A stretch of DNA of 57,368 nucleotides from assembly GCA_046484225.1 (NCBI GenBank), contig JAWOBO010000089.1:1-57368 (forward strand), given 5' to 3'. Origin of the DNA: Candidatus Omnitrophota bacterium (GTDB taxonomy: Bacteria; Omnitrophota; Gorgyraeia; Duberdicusellales; 4484-171). This document shows positions 35,178 to 44,611 of this stretch, in pieces. The position numbers and the translations under genes are program-made. The notes beneath the pieces are model-generated. The model had not been told where the DNA came from and did no database searches. It saw only the letters and a program-made list of their open reading frames with translations. Positions within the stretch are counted from its first letter, which is position 1. Each line of letters starts with the position of its first letter.

Positions 35178-35199
35178 CCAATTTCAATGGAGGTAAATA

Positions 35200-35409
35200 A
35201 TGGCACATCCTAAACGAAAACACTCCCACGCACGAACTCACAAAAAAAGAACCCATCAAAAAATATATTCCCCCTCGTTGGTGAAATGCAACCAGTGTAA
35301 GAAACTTAAACCTAAAAGTATGGTTTGCCCTTTTTGCGGCTATTATAAAAACAAAGAAATAATAAAAATAGAACCAAAAGAAAACAAAAAGAAAAAAAGA
35401 CAAGGTTAA
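35200..35409 (+). CDS. rpmF: 50S ribosomal protein L32
   Basis: MAHPKRKHSHARTHKKR...CNQC...CPFCGYY. Lys-rich C-terminal extension. Confidence 0.9.
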   Translation: MAHPKRKHSHARTHKKRTHQKIYSPSLVKCNQCKKLKPKSMVCPFCGYYKNKEIIKIEPKENKKKKRQG

Positions 35410-35412
35410 TTT

Positions 35413-36438
35413 ATGGCTAAGTTTAAAATAGGAATAGATGCATCTGGCGGAGATCTTGCACCGTTAGAAATTGTGAAGGGAGCTGTTTTAGCTAAAAAGA
35501 AAGTTGATCAAGAGTTAATTCTTATTGGTGATAGAGAAAAGATAAAAAAAGAGCTTAGAAAGTATAAGTTAGATTTTGCTATTGTTGATGCTCCTGAAAA
35601 AATTGGTATGGCTGAGGCGCCAGTTTCTGCAGTAAGAAAAAAGAGAAGATCTTCGATAGTTACAGGATGCCAGCTTCTTAAAAAAAGAGAAATTGATGCT
35701 TTTGTGTCTTGTGGTAATACTGGAGCCGTAGTTTGTGCTTCGGCGTTAATTTTGAAGTTTATCGAGGGGGTGGAGCGCCCTGGTATAGCTTTAATGTTTC
35801 CTACCCAAAAAGGGGTTTCTTTGCTTATTGATGCGGGAGCTAACATTGATTGCAAGCCGATTCATCTTCTTCAATATGGGGTGATGGCGTCTGTTTATTA
35901 TAGTACTGTTTTAGAAAAAAAAGATCCTAGGGTAGGACTCCTTAATATTGGAGAAGAGGCATCTAAAGGGCTTGAACTTTTAAAAAGTACACATAAGCTT
36001 TTTAAGCTTTCATCTTTAAATTTTTCTGGTAATATAGAGGCTAAAAGTATTCTTTCAGGAAATTCTGACTGTATTGTTTGTGATGGTTTTGTCGGTAATA
36101 TTGCTTTAAAAGTTCTTGAAGGTAGTACCGAAGCAATGGGGAAACTTTTTATTGAGTTTATGAAAAAAAGCCTGTTGGGGAGATTAGGGCTTTTGTTGGC
36201 AAAAGGAAATCTTAAAAAACTTAAGCAATCAATAGATTATTCTGAACATGGAGGGGCACCTCTCCTAGGCGTAGACGGAGCGGTAATTATTGGCCATGGG
36301 AGATCTGACGCCAAAGCTGTAAAAAATGCAATAGGAGCAGCAGCTAGAGAACTAAAAAGAGAACTTAACGAAAGGATAAAGAAAAAAATAAATGAAACCT
36401 GTAAAGATAGTAGGATTAGGCAAGTACTTGCCGCCTAA
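35413..36438 (+). CDS. plsX: phosphate acyltransferase PlsX
   Basis: IGIDASGGDLAP N-terminus, GNTGA, GAPLLGVDG motifs. Confidence 0.9.
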   Translation: MAKFKIGIDASGGDLAPLEIVKGAVLAKKKVDQELILIGDREKIKKELRKYKLDFAIVDAPEKIGMAEAPVSAVRKKRRSSIVTGCQLLKKREIDAFVSCGNTGAVVCASALILKFIEGVERPGIALMFPTQKGVSLLIDAGANIDCKPIHLLQYGVMASVYYSTVLEKKDPRVGLLNIGEEASKGLELLKSTHKLFKLSSLNFSGNIEAKSILSGNSDCIVCDGFVGNIALKVLEGSTEAMGKLFIEFMKKSLLGRLGLLLAKGNLKKLKQSIDYSEHGGAPLLGVDGAVIIGHGRSDAKAVKNAIGAAARELKRELNERIKKKINETCKDSRIRQVLAA

Positions 36439-37369
36439 AAAGCTAAAAAATTCTGATTTAGAAAAAATAGTAGATACCTCAGATGAGTGGATTACAACTC
36501 GTACCGGTATAAAAGAAAGAAGAATTGCTGAAAGGGCGTCTTCTTCAGAACTTGCCCATAAAGCTTCCGTCCAAGCTTTAGAAGACGCAGGCTTAAAAGT
36601 TGATGACTTAGACTTAATAATTGTTGCTTCAATTACCCCTGATAATTTTTTTCCTTCTACTGCTTGTCGGTTACAAAATTTACTTAAAGCTAGGAAAGCA
36701 GCTGCTTTTGATATTTCTGCCGCTTGTTCGGGATTTGTTTATGGTTTGACTTGTGCCTGGCAGATGATCGGGGCAGGATTATATAGGAATGTTTTGGTGG
36801 TTGGCAGCGAGGTTCTTTCGTCAGTTACTGATTGGCAGGATCGCTCTACTTGTGTTCTTTTTGGTGACGGAGCAGGAGCTGCAGTATTAACCGAGGCGAC
36901 TGAAAAAAGTTTTTTAAGTTCACATTTAGGTGCCGATGGTTCACGTGCAGATCTTTTAAATATTCCGGCTGGTGGCTCTCGGATTCCAACTTCGCACCAG
37001 ACAGTTGATGACAAGCTTCATTCTATAAAGATGAAAGGTAATGAACTATTTAGAGTAGCAGTTAGAGTCTTGGTGGATGCTGCCGAAGTTGCGTTGTCAA
37101 AGGCAGGGCTTAAGCCAGAAGACCTGGATATGTTAGTTCCACATCAGGCTAATAAAAGGATAATAGACGCTGTAGTTAAGAATTTGAAAATAAAGAATAA
37201 AGTATATTTCAATCTTTCTCGTTATGGGAACATGTCATCTGCTTCTTGTGCTGTAGCTCTTTGTGAAGCTTACCAGGAGGCAAAAATAAAAAAAGGAGAT
37301 ATCGTAGTTTTAGACACCTTTGGCGGCGGACTTGTTTGGGGGAGTTGCGTGATTAAATGGGCGCTATAA
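36392..37369 (+). CDS. fabH: 3-oxoacyl-ACP synthase III
   Basis: TSDEWITTRTGIKERR, active-site AACSGF, HQAN, GNMSSAS. 47-nt out-of-frame overlap with plsX. Confidence 0.9.
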   Translation: MKPVKIVGLGKYLPPKKLKNSDLEKIVDTSDEWITTRTGIKERRIAERASSSELAHKASVQALEDAGLKVDDLDLIIVASITPDNFFPSTACRLQNLLKARKAAAFDISAACSGFVYGLTCAWQMIGAGLYRNVLVVGSEVLSSVTDWQDRSTCVLFGDGAGAAVLTEATEKSFLSSHLGADGSRADLLNIPAGGSRIPTSHQTVDDKLHSIKMKGNELFRVAVRVLVDAAEVALSKAGLKPEDLDMLVPHQANKRIIDAVVKNLKIKNKVYFNLSRYGNMSSASCAVALCEAYQEAKIKKGDIVVLDTFGGGLVWGSCVIKWAL

Positions 37370-37380
37370 TAAATGTAAAG

Positions 37381-37407
37381 TAGGGGCAGGCCTTTGTGCC
37401 TGCCCTA
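37381..37407. repeat. GC-rich hairpin TAGGGGCAGGC-ctttgt-GCCTGCCCTA (family with 12514-12539)
   Basis: 8 consecutive G/C-rich pairs. The base is identical to the first copy and the tip differs. Followed by an A-tract, not a T-tract. Confidence 0.5.
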
Positions 37408-37433
37408 AAAATAAAAAGTAAAGGATAAAGGTT

Positions 37434-38348
37434 ATGGAAAAGAAAGCGATAATATTTCCCGGGCAAGGAGCTCAATATCCCCAGATGGGTTTGAGCTTAT
37501 ATAACAATTTTCCGGAAGCAAAGAAAGTTTTCGATTTAGTTGATCAACTATCAGGAATTAAAGTTTCAGAAACTATTTTTGGTAGTGATTCTTCTGGACT
37601 TAAAGACACATCCATTCAGCAGTTGGCTATTTTAGCGGTTAGTTTAGCAGCTTATGAGGTGTCAAAGAATAGTTTGGGTGATATTGAATTTGTTTCAGGG
37701 TTGAGCTTAGGTGAATATAGCTGCCTTTATGCTGGAGAGGTTCTTTGTCTAGAAGATCTCATTAGATTAGTTAAAGCTAGAGGGCAAGCCATGCAGAAAG
37801 CAGCCAGGGTGAACCCTTCTTCTATGTTTGCAGTTATTGGTGCCAACAGAGAAGATCTAGAGCCAAAGGAAAAAGATTTAGGTTTTTATATTTCTAATAT
37901 AAATGCTCCTTCGCAGGTTGTTGTTTCAACAGAAGAAAAAAACAAAAACGAATTAAAAAATAATTTAGAAAAGGAAGGGTTAAGAGTGATAGAACTTAAA
38001 GTTTCTGGAGGATTTCACTCTCCTTTTATGAAGCCAGCTCAAGAAGAGCTCAAAGAAGTTATTAACCAATTGCAATTTTCTGATGCAAAAATTCCTATTG
38101 TAAGTAACGTAACAGCCAACAAGCATGTAAAAGCTGAACAAATAAAGGAAAATTTACTTAAACAGTTAGTTAGACCTGTATTGTGGATGGACTCGGTAAA
38201 ATATTTAGCTGGAAAAGGTGTGAGTTGTTTTTATGAAATTGGACCTTCAAAGATATTAAAAGGACTCCTAAGAAAGATAGACAGAGGCCTAAAGGTTGTA
38301 AATATCGAAAAAAAAGAAGATATAGAAAAGGTAGATACGCACAGATAA
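37434..38348 (+). CDS. fabD: malonyl-CoA:ACP transacylase
   Basis: FPGQGAQ and GLSLGEYS (active Ser) motifs. Confidence 0.9.
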   Translation: MEKKAIIFPGQGAQYPQMGLSLYNNFPEAKKVFDLVDQLSGIKVSETIFGSDSSGLKDTSIQQLAILAVSLAAYEVSKNSLGDIEFVSGLSLGEYSCLYAGEVLCLEDLIRLVKARGQAMQKAARVNPSSMFAVIGANREDLEPKEKDLGFYISNINAPSQVVVSTEEKNKNELKNNLEKEGLRVIELKVSGGFHSPFMKPAQEELKEVINQLQFSDAKIPIVSNVTANKHVKAEQIKENLLKQLVRPVLWMDSVKYLAGKGVSCFYEIGPSKILKGLLRKIDRGLKVVNIEKKEDIEKVDTHR

Positions 38349-38363
38349 GTCTGTGTATGCGTA
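38336..38363. repeat. hairpin of the CACAGA/TCTGTG type spanning the fabD stop codon
   Basis: TACGCACAGA-taag-TCTGTG(tat)GCGTA. The motif is related to the 1431-1510 cluster. The fabG SD follows immediately. Confidence 0.45.
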
Positions 38364-38376
38364 AAGGAGGAAGAAT

Positions 38377-39111
38377 ATGGATTTTAAAGATAAGGTAGTA
38401 GTAGTTACTGGTGCTGCTAGAGGAATTGGCAAACAAATTGCTTATGGTTTTGCTAAGAGAGGAGCTAAGGTAGCTTTGTTTGATCTAGACCAAGTTCAAC
38501 TGGAGGCTGCTGAAAAAGAGTTAGCTGGTATTACAGAATGTCAATCATATCCAGTTGATGTTACAGATTCTCAGCAGTTGGTAAATATTATAGACAAAGT
38601 TATTGACAAGTTTTCAAAGATTGATATATTAATTAACAATGCTGGGATAACCAAAGACAGCCTAGCTTTAAGGCTCTCTGAAACTGATTGGGATAAAGTC
38701 CTCGAAGTTAATTTAAAAGGAGCATTTTTAACCTCAAAGGCTGTTTTGAAAAAAATGTTAAAACAGCGTAGCGGTAAAATTGTCAATATTTCCTCAATAA
38801 TTGGAATTGTTGGTAATTCCGGCCAATCAAATTATTCAGCTTCTAAAGCAGGTTTAATTGGCTTAACAAAATCCCTTTCTAAAGAAGTAGGTCCCAGAGG
38901 GATAAATATAAATGCTGTCGCTCCAGGTTATATTGAAACTAAGATGACCGAAAGTCTTCCGGATAAAGTTAAAGAGGAAATGCTTAAAAGAATTTCTTTA
39001 AAGAAGTTTGGCTCAACCGAGGATGTAGCTAATACGGTATTGTTTTTGGCTTCTGGGCTGGCAGATTATATAACAGGGCAAGTAGTTGTTGTTGACGGTG
39101 GTATGATTTAG
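38377..39111 (+). CDS. fabG: 3-oxoacyl-ACP reductase
   Basis: SDR motifs TGAARGIG, NNAG, YSASKAG. Confidence 0.9.
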   Translation: MDFKDKVVVVTGAARGIGKQIAYGFAKRGAKVALFDLDQVQLEAAEKELAGITECQSYPVDVTDSQQLVNIIDKVIDKFSKIDILINNAGITKDSLALRLSETDWDKVLEVNLKGAFLTSKAVLKKMLKQRSGKIVNISSIIGIVGNSGQSNYSASKAGLIGLTKSLSKEVGPRGININAVAPGYIETKMTESLPDKVKEEMLKRISLKKFGSTEDVANTVLFLASGLADYITGQVVVVDGGMI

Positions 39112-39129
39112 AAAAAAAGGAGGTCTCTG

Positions 39130-39363
39130 ATGGCGATCGAAGAAAAGGTAAAAGAAATCATTTCAGAACAGCTTGGTGTAAAAAAAGAAGAGATAAAACC
39201 AGAAAGTTCTTTCATTGATGATTTAGGCGCGGATTCTTTAGATACAGTTGAAGTTGTTATGGCGTTGGAAGAAGAATTTGGTATAGAGATACCTGATGAA
39301 GATGCAGAAAAAATTACAAAAGTTGGCGAAGCTATTAAATATATTGAAGAAAAGAAACAATAA
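39130..39363 (+). CDS. acpP: acyl carrier protein
   Basis: 77 aa with the [11 protein letters not shown] phosphopantetheine site. Confidence 0.95.
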   Translation: MAIEEKVKEIISEQLGVKKEEIKPESSFIDDLGADSLDTVEVVMALEEEFGIEIPDEDAEKITKVGEAIKYIEEKKQ

Positions 39364-39376
39364 AATCCAATTATAG

Positions 39377-40609
39377 ATGAATAAAGTTGCTGTTACTAGT
39401 TGTGGGGTAGTTTCTCCGGTTGGTATAGGTAAAGCTAATTTTTGGGATGCTTTAACTAACGGTAGAAGTGGAGTAGGGCCGATTACTCAATTTGACTCTG
39501 AGCAATTTGATAGTAAGATTGCTGGTGAAGTTAATGATTTTGATCCTGCAGGTCTTCTTTCGGTAAAGGAGCAACGCCGAATTCCTAGATTTGTTCAATT
39601 TTCCCTCCAAGCTGCGCAAGAAGCTATTGACCAAGCTGGAATTGACTTTGAAAAAATCGATCCATATCAAATTGGCACTATTATTGGATCCGGCGTAGGC
39701 AGTCTTGAAACTGTAGAAAGAGAGCATAAGGTGCTTTTAGAAAAAGGGCCGCGCAGGCTTTCTCCGTTTATGATTCCGATGTTAATTACCAATGAAGCTG
39801 CGGGTCATGTAGCTATTCGATTTGGGTTAAAAGGCCCTAACCTTTGTACAGTTACAGCTTGTGCCTCTGGTGCTCATGCGATTGGAGAAGCTTATCGAGT
39901 TATCAAAGAAGGAAAAGCCAAGGTCATGGTTTGCGGCGGAACAGAAGCTTGTATAGTCCCTCTTGCTGTTGGTGGTTTTTGTGCTCTTAAGGCTTTGTCC
40001 AGGCGCAACGATGATCCAGCTAAAGCCAGTCGTCCTTTTGATCTCGAAAGGGATGGTTTTATCATGTCAGAAGGAGCCGGTATGGTTGTTTTAGAGGAAA
40101 TGGAGCATGCTAAAAAAAGAGGAGCTAAAATATATGCTGAACTTTCCGGGTATGGAAGCACCTGTGATGCGCATCACATTACGGCACCTGATCCGAATGG
40201 GGCAGCTGCAGCTGAAGCGATGAAGTCAGCTCTATCTGAAGCTTCTTTTGATAAAAGTCAACTTGTCCATGTTAATGCCCACGGTACCAGTACTTTATTA
40301 AATGACAGGATGGAAACAAAAGCTATTAAGCTAGTATTTGGCCAAAAACCTAAAAATATAGCAGTAAGTTCTATAAAATCTATGCTGGGCCATACTTTAG
40401 GAGCAGCTGGAGCTATTGAGTTTATTAGTTGTTGTCTTACTTTGGAAAAGAATGTGATCCCACCTACCATAAATTATGAGTATCCAGATCCTGAGTGTGA
40501 TCTAGATTATACTCCAAATCAAACCCGAGAATTAAAAGTTAACGCTTGCCTTTCAAACTCTTTAGGATTCGGGGGCCACAACGCCTCTCTTTTAGTTGAG
40601 AAGATATAA
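39377..40609 (+). CDS. fabF: 3-oxoacyl-ACP synthase II
   Basis: TACASG active Cys, HGTST, GHTLGAAG. Confidence 0.9.
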   Translation: MNKVAVTSCGVVSPVGIGKANFWDALTNGRSGVGPITQFDSEQFDSKIAGEVNDFDPAGLLSVKEQRRIPRFVQFSLQAAQEAIDQAGIDFEKIDPYQIGTIIGSGVGSLETVEREHKVLLEKGPRRLSPFMIPMLITNEAAGHVAIRFGLKGPNLCTVTACASGAHAIGEAYRVIKEGKAKVMVCGGTEACIVPLAVGGFCALKALSRRNDDPAKASRPFDLERDGFIMSEGAGMVVLEEMEHAKKRGAKIYAELSGYGSTCDAHHITAPDPNGAAAAEAMKSALSEASFDKSQLVHVNAHGTSTLLNDRMETKAIKLVFGQKPKNIAVSSIKSMLGHTLGAAGAIEFISCCLTLEKNVIPPTINYEYPDPECDLDYTPNQTRELKVNACLSNSLGFGGHNASLLVEKI

Positions 40610-40610
40610 G

Positions 40611-41930
40611 ATGGGTCTAACATTAATTGAAAAAATTTTAAAAAAGAAATCAATCAATAAAAAATTAGATGATTTTATCTACGCTAAAGTTGATTTTTGT
40701 TTTGGCAATGACATAACTGCACCTTTAGCTACTAAAATATTCGAAAAGGCTAGGTTTAACTCTGTTTATAATCCTAGAAAAATAGGGTTTTTTTGTGATC
40801 ATTTTGTGCCGGCGCGTGATCAAAAAGCAGCAAACAATGTAAAGAAATTAAAAGAGTTTGCGAAGAAATTTAAGATCAAAAATTTTTATGATACCAATAC
40901 CTGTGGTATAGAACATGTATTTTTGCCTGAAAAAGGTTTAATCAAAACTGGTGATTTAGTTATTGGCGCTGATTCTCATAGTTGTACTTATGGAGCTCTG
41001 GGGGCGGCAAGTTTTGGAGTGGGTTCAACAGATTTAGCTGCTGCCATTAAAGAAGGAACTTGTTGGTTTAGGAAGCCAGAAACTATTAAGTTTTATTATT
41101 TAGGCAAAATACCGAAATGGTTTACCGGCAAAGACCTGATTCTTTATACTATCGGCCAAATCGGGGTAAGCGGGGCGCTTTATAAAGTTATGGAGTTTGG
41201 GGGGCCTGCAATTAAAGCTTTGGGCATAGAAGACAGGTTTACTATTTGTAATATGGCAATAGAAGCTGGTGCTCAAACTGGAATAATTGAGCCTGATAAA
41301 AAAACTGCTAAATTCATAAAAGAAGTAAATCCCCGAATAAAAAATTTGCCATTACTTAAGAGCGATAAAGATGCAAATTACTATAAGGTTATGAAGTTTG
41401 ATATTTCTTCTTTAAAACCTCAAGTTGCTTGCCCTCATTTACCTAGTAATGTGGTTGATGTGGATAAATTAAAAAAGGTAAAATTAAATCAGGTTGTCAT
41501 TGGGTCCTGCACAAATGGCCGTCTTAAAGATCTAGCTCAAGCTGCAAAGGTGTTAAAAGGAAAAGCTGTTAAAAAAGGCTTAAGAGCTATTGTTATTCCA
41601 GGCTCTCATAAAGTTTATAGTCAAGCTCTTAAGAAAGGATATCTTAATATTTTTAACAAAGCAGGTTTTATGATTTCTCCACCTACTTGTGGGCCGTGTC
41701 TAGGAGGGCATACTGGTATTTTAGATAAGGGCGAAGTTGCTCTTGCCACAACTAACAGAAATTTTATTGGAAGAATGGGGCATCCGGAAAGTTTTGTTTA
41801 TTTGTCTAATCCAGCAGTGGCTGCAGCAAGCAGCATTACTGGTAGGATCACCCATCCAGCAGAAATTGTTAAGAAGGTACCGACGGATGAAGGACGAAGG
41901 ACGAAAAGACGAAGGCGTCTATCGTCTTAG
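40611..41930 (+). CDS. leuC: 3-isopropylmalate/homoaconitate dehydratase large subunit (short, archaeal-type aconitase family)
   Basis: Fe-S ligand motifs GSCTNGR and CGPCLG. Start moved to ATG 40611 (MGLTLIEKIL), 1 nt after the fabF stop. The last ~17-20 codons are encoded by repeat copy B. Confidence 0.8.
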   Translation: MGLTLIEKILKKKSINKKLDDFIYAKVDFCFGNDITAPLATKIFEKARFNSVYNPRKIGFFCDHFVPARDQKAANNVKKLKEFAKKFKIKNFYDTNTCGIEHVFLPEKGLIKTGDLVIGADSHSCTYGALGAASFGVGSTDLAAAIKEGTCWFRKPETIKFYYLGKIPKWFTGKDLILYTIGQIGVSGALYKVMEFGGPAIKALGIEDRFTICNMAIEAGAQTGIIEPDKKTAKFIKEVNPRIKNLPLLKSDKDANYYKVMKFDISSLKPQVACPHLPSNVVDVDKLKKVKLNQVVIGSCTNGRLKDLAQAAKVLKGKAVKKGLRAIVIPGSHKVYSQALKKGYLNIFNKAGFMISPPTCGPCLGGHTGILDKGEVALATTNRNFIGRMGHPESFVYLSNPAVAAASSITGRITHPAEIVKKVPTDEGRRTKRRRRLSS

Positions 41931-41959
41931 CGAAGCGATCGTCTATCGTCTCTCGGAAC
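41877..41959. repeat. 83-nt GC-rich heptad-repeat palindromic element, copy B
   Basis: Same length and architecture as 3084-3166. Terminal inverted repeat GTACCGA/TCGGAAC. Overlaps the last codons of leuC. Confidence 0.7.
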
Positions 41960-41972
41960 GAGATTGTAAACT

Positions 41973-42470
41973 ATGATTATAGAAGGTAAAGTCCATAAGT
42001 TAGGTAAAGATATAAATACCGACGATATAGTTGCGGCTAAATATTTGGATTCCCAAGACCCTGAGTTTTTGGGGTCTAGGTGTATGGAAAATATTGATCC
42101 GGATTTTGCCAAGAAGATAAAACCGGGCGATATTATTGTGGCTGGCCAGAATTTTGGCTGTGGTTCATCACGGGAGCATGCTCCGGTTGCAATTAAAGGT
42201 TGTGGGGTATCTTTGGTTATAGCAGAGAGTTTTGCGAGAATTTTTTTTAGAAATGCTATCAATACCGGTTTACCAATTATAGAGTTAGAAAAAACAGGAG
42301 AAATTTCAGAAAATGATCTTCTTAAAGTTAATTTAGCTAAAGGAACTGTTGAAAATAAAACTAAGAATAAATTACATCAGACAAAATCATTTCCTCAATT
42401 TTTACAAAAAATCATAGCAAAAGGTGGACTTATAAACTGGATAAAGAATAAAGGAGATAAAAATGTCTAA
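41973..42470 (+). CDS. leuD: 3-isopropylmalate/homoaconitate dehydratase small subunit
   Basis: GQNFGCGSSREHAP motif, 165 aa. No SD. Confidence 0.8.
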   Translation: MIIEGKVHKLGKDINTDDIVAAKYLDSQDPEFLGSRCMENIDPDFAKKIKPGDIIVAGQNFGCGSSREHAPVAIKGCGVSLVIAESFARIFFRNAINTGLPIIELEKTGEISENDLLKVNLAKGTVENKTKNKLHQTKSFPQFLQKIIAKGGLINWIKNKGDKNV

Positions 42471-43530
42471 AAAGTACAAAATTGCAGTAATTGGCGGAGA
42501 CGGCACTGGTCCTGAAGTAGTAAGAGAAGGTCTAAAGGTTTTAGAGGTAGCTGCCAGCAAGTTTAAAATTGATTATGAGACAGTAAACTATGATTTTGGC
42601 GGCGAAAGATATTTGAAAACAGGTGAAGTCTTACCTGATTCTGCAGTAGAAGAATTAAAAACTTTTGATGCTATATATCTAGGAGCAATCGGCCATCCTC
42701 AAGTAAAGCCGGGAATACTAGAGAAAGGTATTTTGTTGCGTCTTCGTTTTGAGCTTGATCAATATATTAATCTAAGGCCAGTTGTTTTATACGATAAAAA
42801 ATATTGCCCCCTAAATTTAGGCCAGGACCAAAATATTGATTTTACGGTGGTCAGGGAAAACACAGAAGGACTTTACTGCGGGGCCGGCGGATTTCTTCGT
42901 AAAGATACTGCTAATGAAGTTGCAGTTCAAGAAAGCATTAATTCTTATAAAGGGGTAGAACGTTGTATAAGGTACGCCTTTGAACATGCCAAGAAAAAGA
43001 ATAAAGAGAAAAAGGTTACTCTTTGCGGTAAAACCAATGTTTTAACCTATGCATTTTCACTTTGGCAAAGAGTTTTTGATAAGGTAGCCAAAAGCTATCC
43101 CGAGGTAAAGACCGATTATGCTCATGTTGATGCCACTTGTATGTGGATGGTTAAAAATCCGGAATGGTTTGACGTAATTGTTACTGATAATATGTTCGGA
43201 GATATAATAACTGATTTAGGTGCTATGATTCAAGGAGGCATGGGGATAGCAGCCGGTGGTAATATTAATCCTCAAGGAGTTAGTATGTTTGAGCCAATTG
43301 GGGGGAGCGCTCCCAAATATACTGGTAAGAATGTGATAAATCCTTTAGCTGCTATTTGTGCATTATCTATGTTACTTAATCAACTTGGGGCCGAGCAAGC
43401 AGCTAAAGCAATTGAAAGTTCAGTAATTACAGTAGTACGCGAAAACCTCGATTCTTTAGGGGCAGGTAGAATGGGATTTTCAACTTCAGAAGTTGGAGAT
43501 TTAGTGGTAAAGAATATAATTGATAACTGA
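42463..43530 (+). CDS. leuB: beta-decarboxylating dehydrogenase (3-isopropylmalate / tartrate dehydrogenase family)
   Basis: [41 protein letters not shown] is replaced by GGSAPK. Substrate not assignable by eye. Confidence 0.7.
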   Translation: MSKKYKIAVIGGDGTGPEVVREGLKVLEVAASKFKIDYETVNYDFGGERYLKTGEVLPDSAVEELKTFDAIYLGAIGHPQVKPGILEKGILLRLRFELDQYINLRPVVLYDKKYCPLNLGQDQNIDFTVVRENTEGLYCGAGGFLRKDTANEVAVQESINSYKGVERCIRYAFEHAKKKNKEKKVTLCGKTNVLTYAFSLWQRVFDKVAKSYPEVKTDYAHVDATCMWMVKNPEWFDVIVTDNMFGDIITDLGAMIQGGMGIAAGGNINPQGVSMFEPIGGSAPKYTGKNVINPLAAICALSMLLNQLGAEQAAKAIESSVITVVRENLDSLGAGRMGFSTSEVGDLVVKNIIDN

Positions 43531-43556
43531 TAAATGATAGTTGAGGTGACAAAAGT

Positions 43557-44582
43557 ATGGAAAAAAACATTGCAGTAATTGGTGTGGGAGCAGTAGGAAT
43601 TGAAATATTGAAAATTTTAAAAGAAAGGAACTTTCCTGCTGACAAGATAAGAATTTTTGCTCGGACAAGCCGAGAAATTGAAATAGAGAATCAAACTTAT
43701 CAGGTTGAGGCTATAGGGGAAGAAAATTTTGACAATATTGATATTGCTCTTTTTGCTGGAACTGAAGGCCAAAAAGGAGCAAGTGTTCAATATGCTCATA
43801 AGTTTATCGAAAGGGGGGCTATTGTCATTGATAATGGTAAAGATTTTCGTCTTAAAAATGAAGTTCCGCTAATAGTTCCTGAGGTTAACAAAGATGAGAT
43901 CTATAAGAATCAAGGGCTTATCGCAAATCCAAACTGTACTACAATCCAGATGGTGACAGCCTTAGGGCAAATATTTAAGAAAGTTGGTCTTGAAGAAATA
44001 ATTATGACTAGCCTTCAGGCGACTAGTGGCGGAGGTAGATCTTCGGCTCAATCTCTTTGGGAGGAGACTAAGTATATAGTTGAGAAAAATAAAGGCAAAA
44101 AGTATTTTAATCAGTTAGATAAAAACAGAGACAATATAGAAAGCAGCTTTTCAGACCAGATTGCTTTTAACGCTATACCTAAAATTGGCAGTTTCAACCA
44201 AAATGGTTTTACTACAGAAGAGCAAAAAGTTATTGATGAAACTCATAAAATCTACGGAGATGATAAAATTAAAATCTCTGCTACTTGTGTCCGAATCCCA
44301 GTGTTTACTTCTCATTCTGAATCAATTTATTTTAAGACTGCCAAATCAGCAGATTTAGAAGAGATAAAAAGAATTTTAGAAGATTCTCCTGGTGTTATTT
44401 TTTCTGCTGATCAATCTAAATTTTATCTTGCCGTAGGTGCAGAAGGTAAAGATCCTGTTTATGTGGGACGATTACGCTGCGATTCTAGCCAAGAAAATAG
44501 TTTTTGGCTCTGGGCTGTTGCAGATAATTTACGCAAAGGTGCAGCGCTTAATGCAGTTCAAATTGCCGAAAATCTGCTATAA
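43557..44582 (+). CDS. asd: aspartate-semialdehyde dehydrogenase
   Basis: N-terminal Rossmann fold, active-site IANPNCTTIQM, SHSES. Confidence 0.85.
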   Translation: MEKNIAVIGVGAVGIEILKILKERNFPADKIRIFARTSREIEIENQTYQVEAIGEENFDNIDIALFAGTEGQKGASVQYAHKFIERGAIVIDNGKDFRLKNEVPLIVPEVNKDEIYKNQGLIANPNCTTIQMVTALGQIFKKVGLEEIIMTSLQATSGGGRSSAQSLWEETKYIVEKNKGKKYFNQLDKNRDNIESSFSDQIAFNAIPKIGSFNQNGFTTEEQKVIDETHKIYGDDKIKISATCVRIPVFTSHSESIYFKTAKSADLEEIKRILEDSPGVIFSADQSKFYLAVGAEGKDPVYVGRLRCDSSQENSFWLWAVADNLRKGAALNAVQIAENLL

Positions 44583-44611
44583 AATTCTCGTATTTAGCAA
44601 TTAAAAAATTA

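Noticed and set aside
41737-41976. The 79-aa + strand ORF (41737-41976) and the 111-aa minus-strand ORF (41927-42262) around the leuC/leuD junction.
   Set aside because: Both are kept open mainly by the stop-poor GC-rich repeat element and otherwise run in alternative frames of leuC or leuD. Only the element-internal part (ATG 41887-41976) is retained, as a hypothesis under findings.
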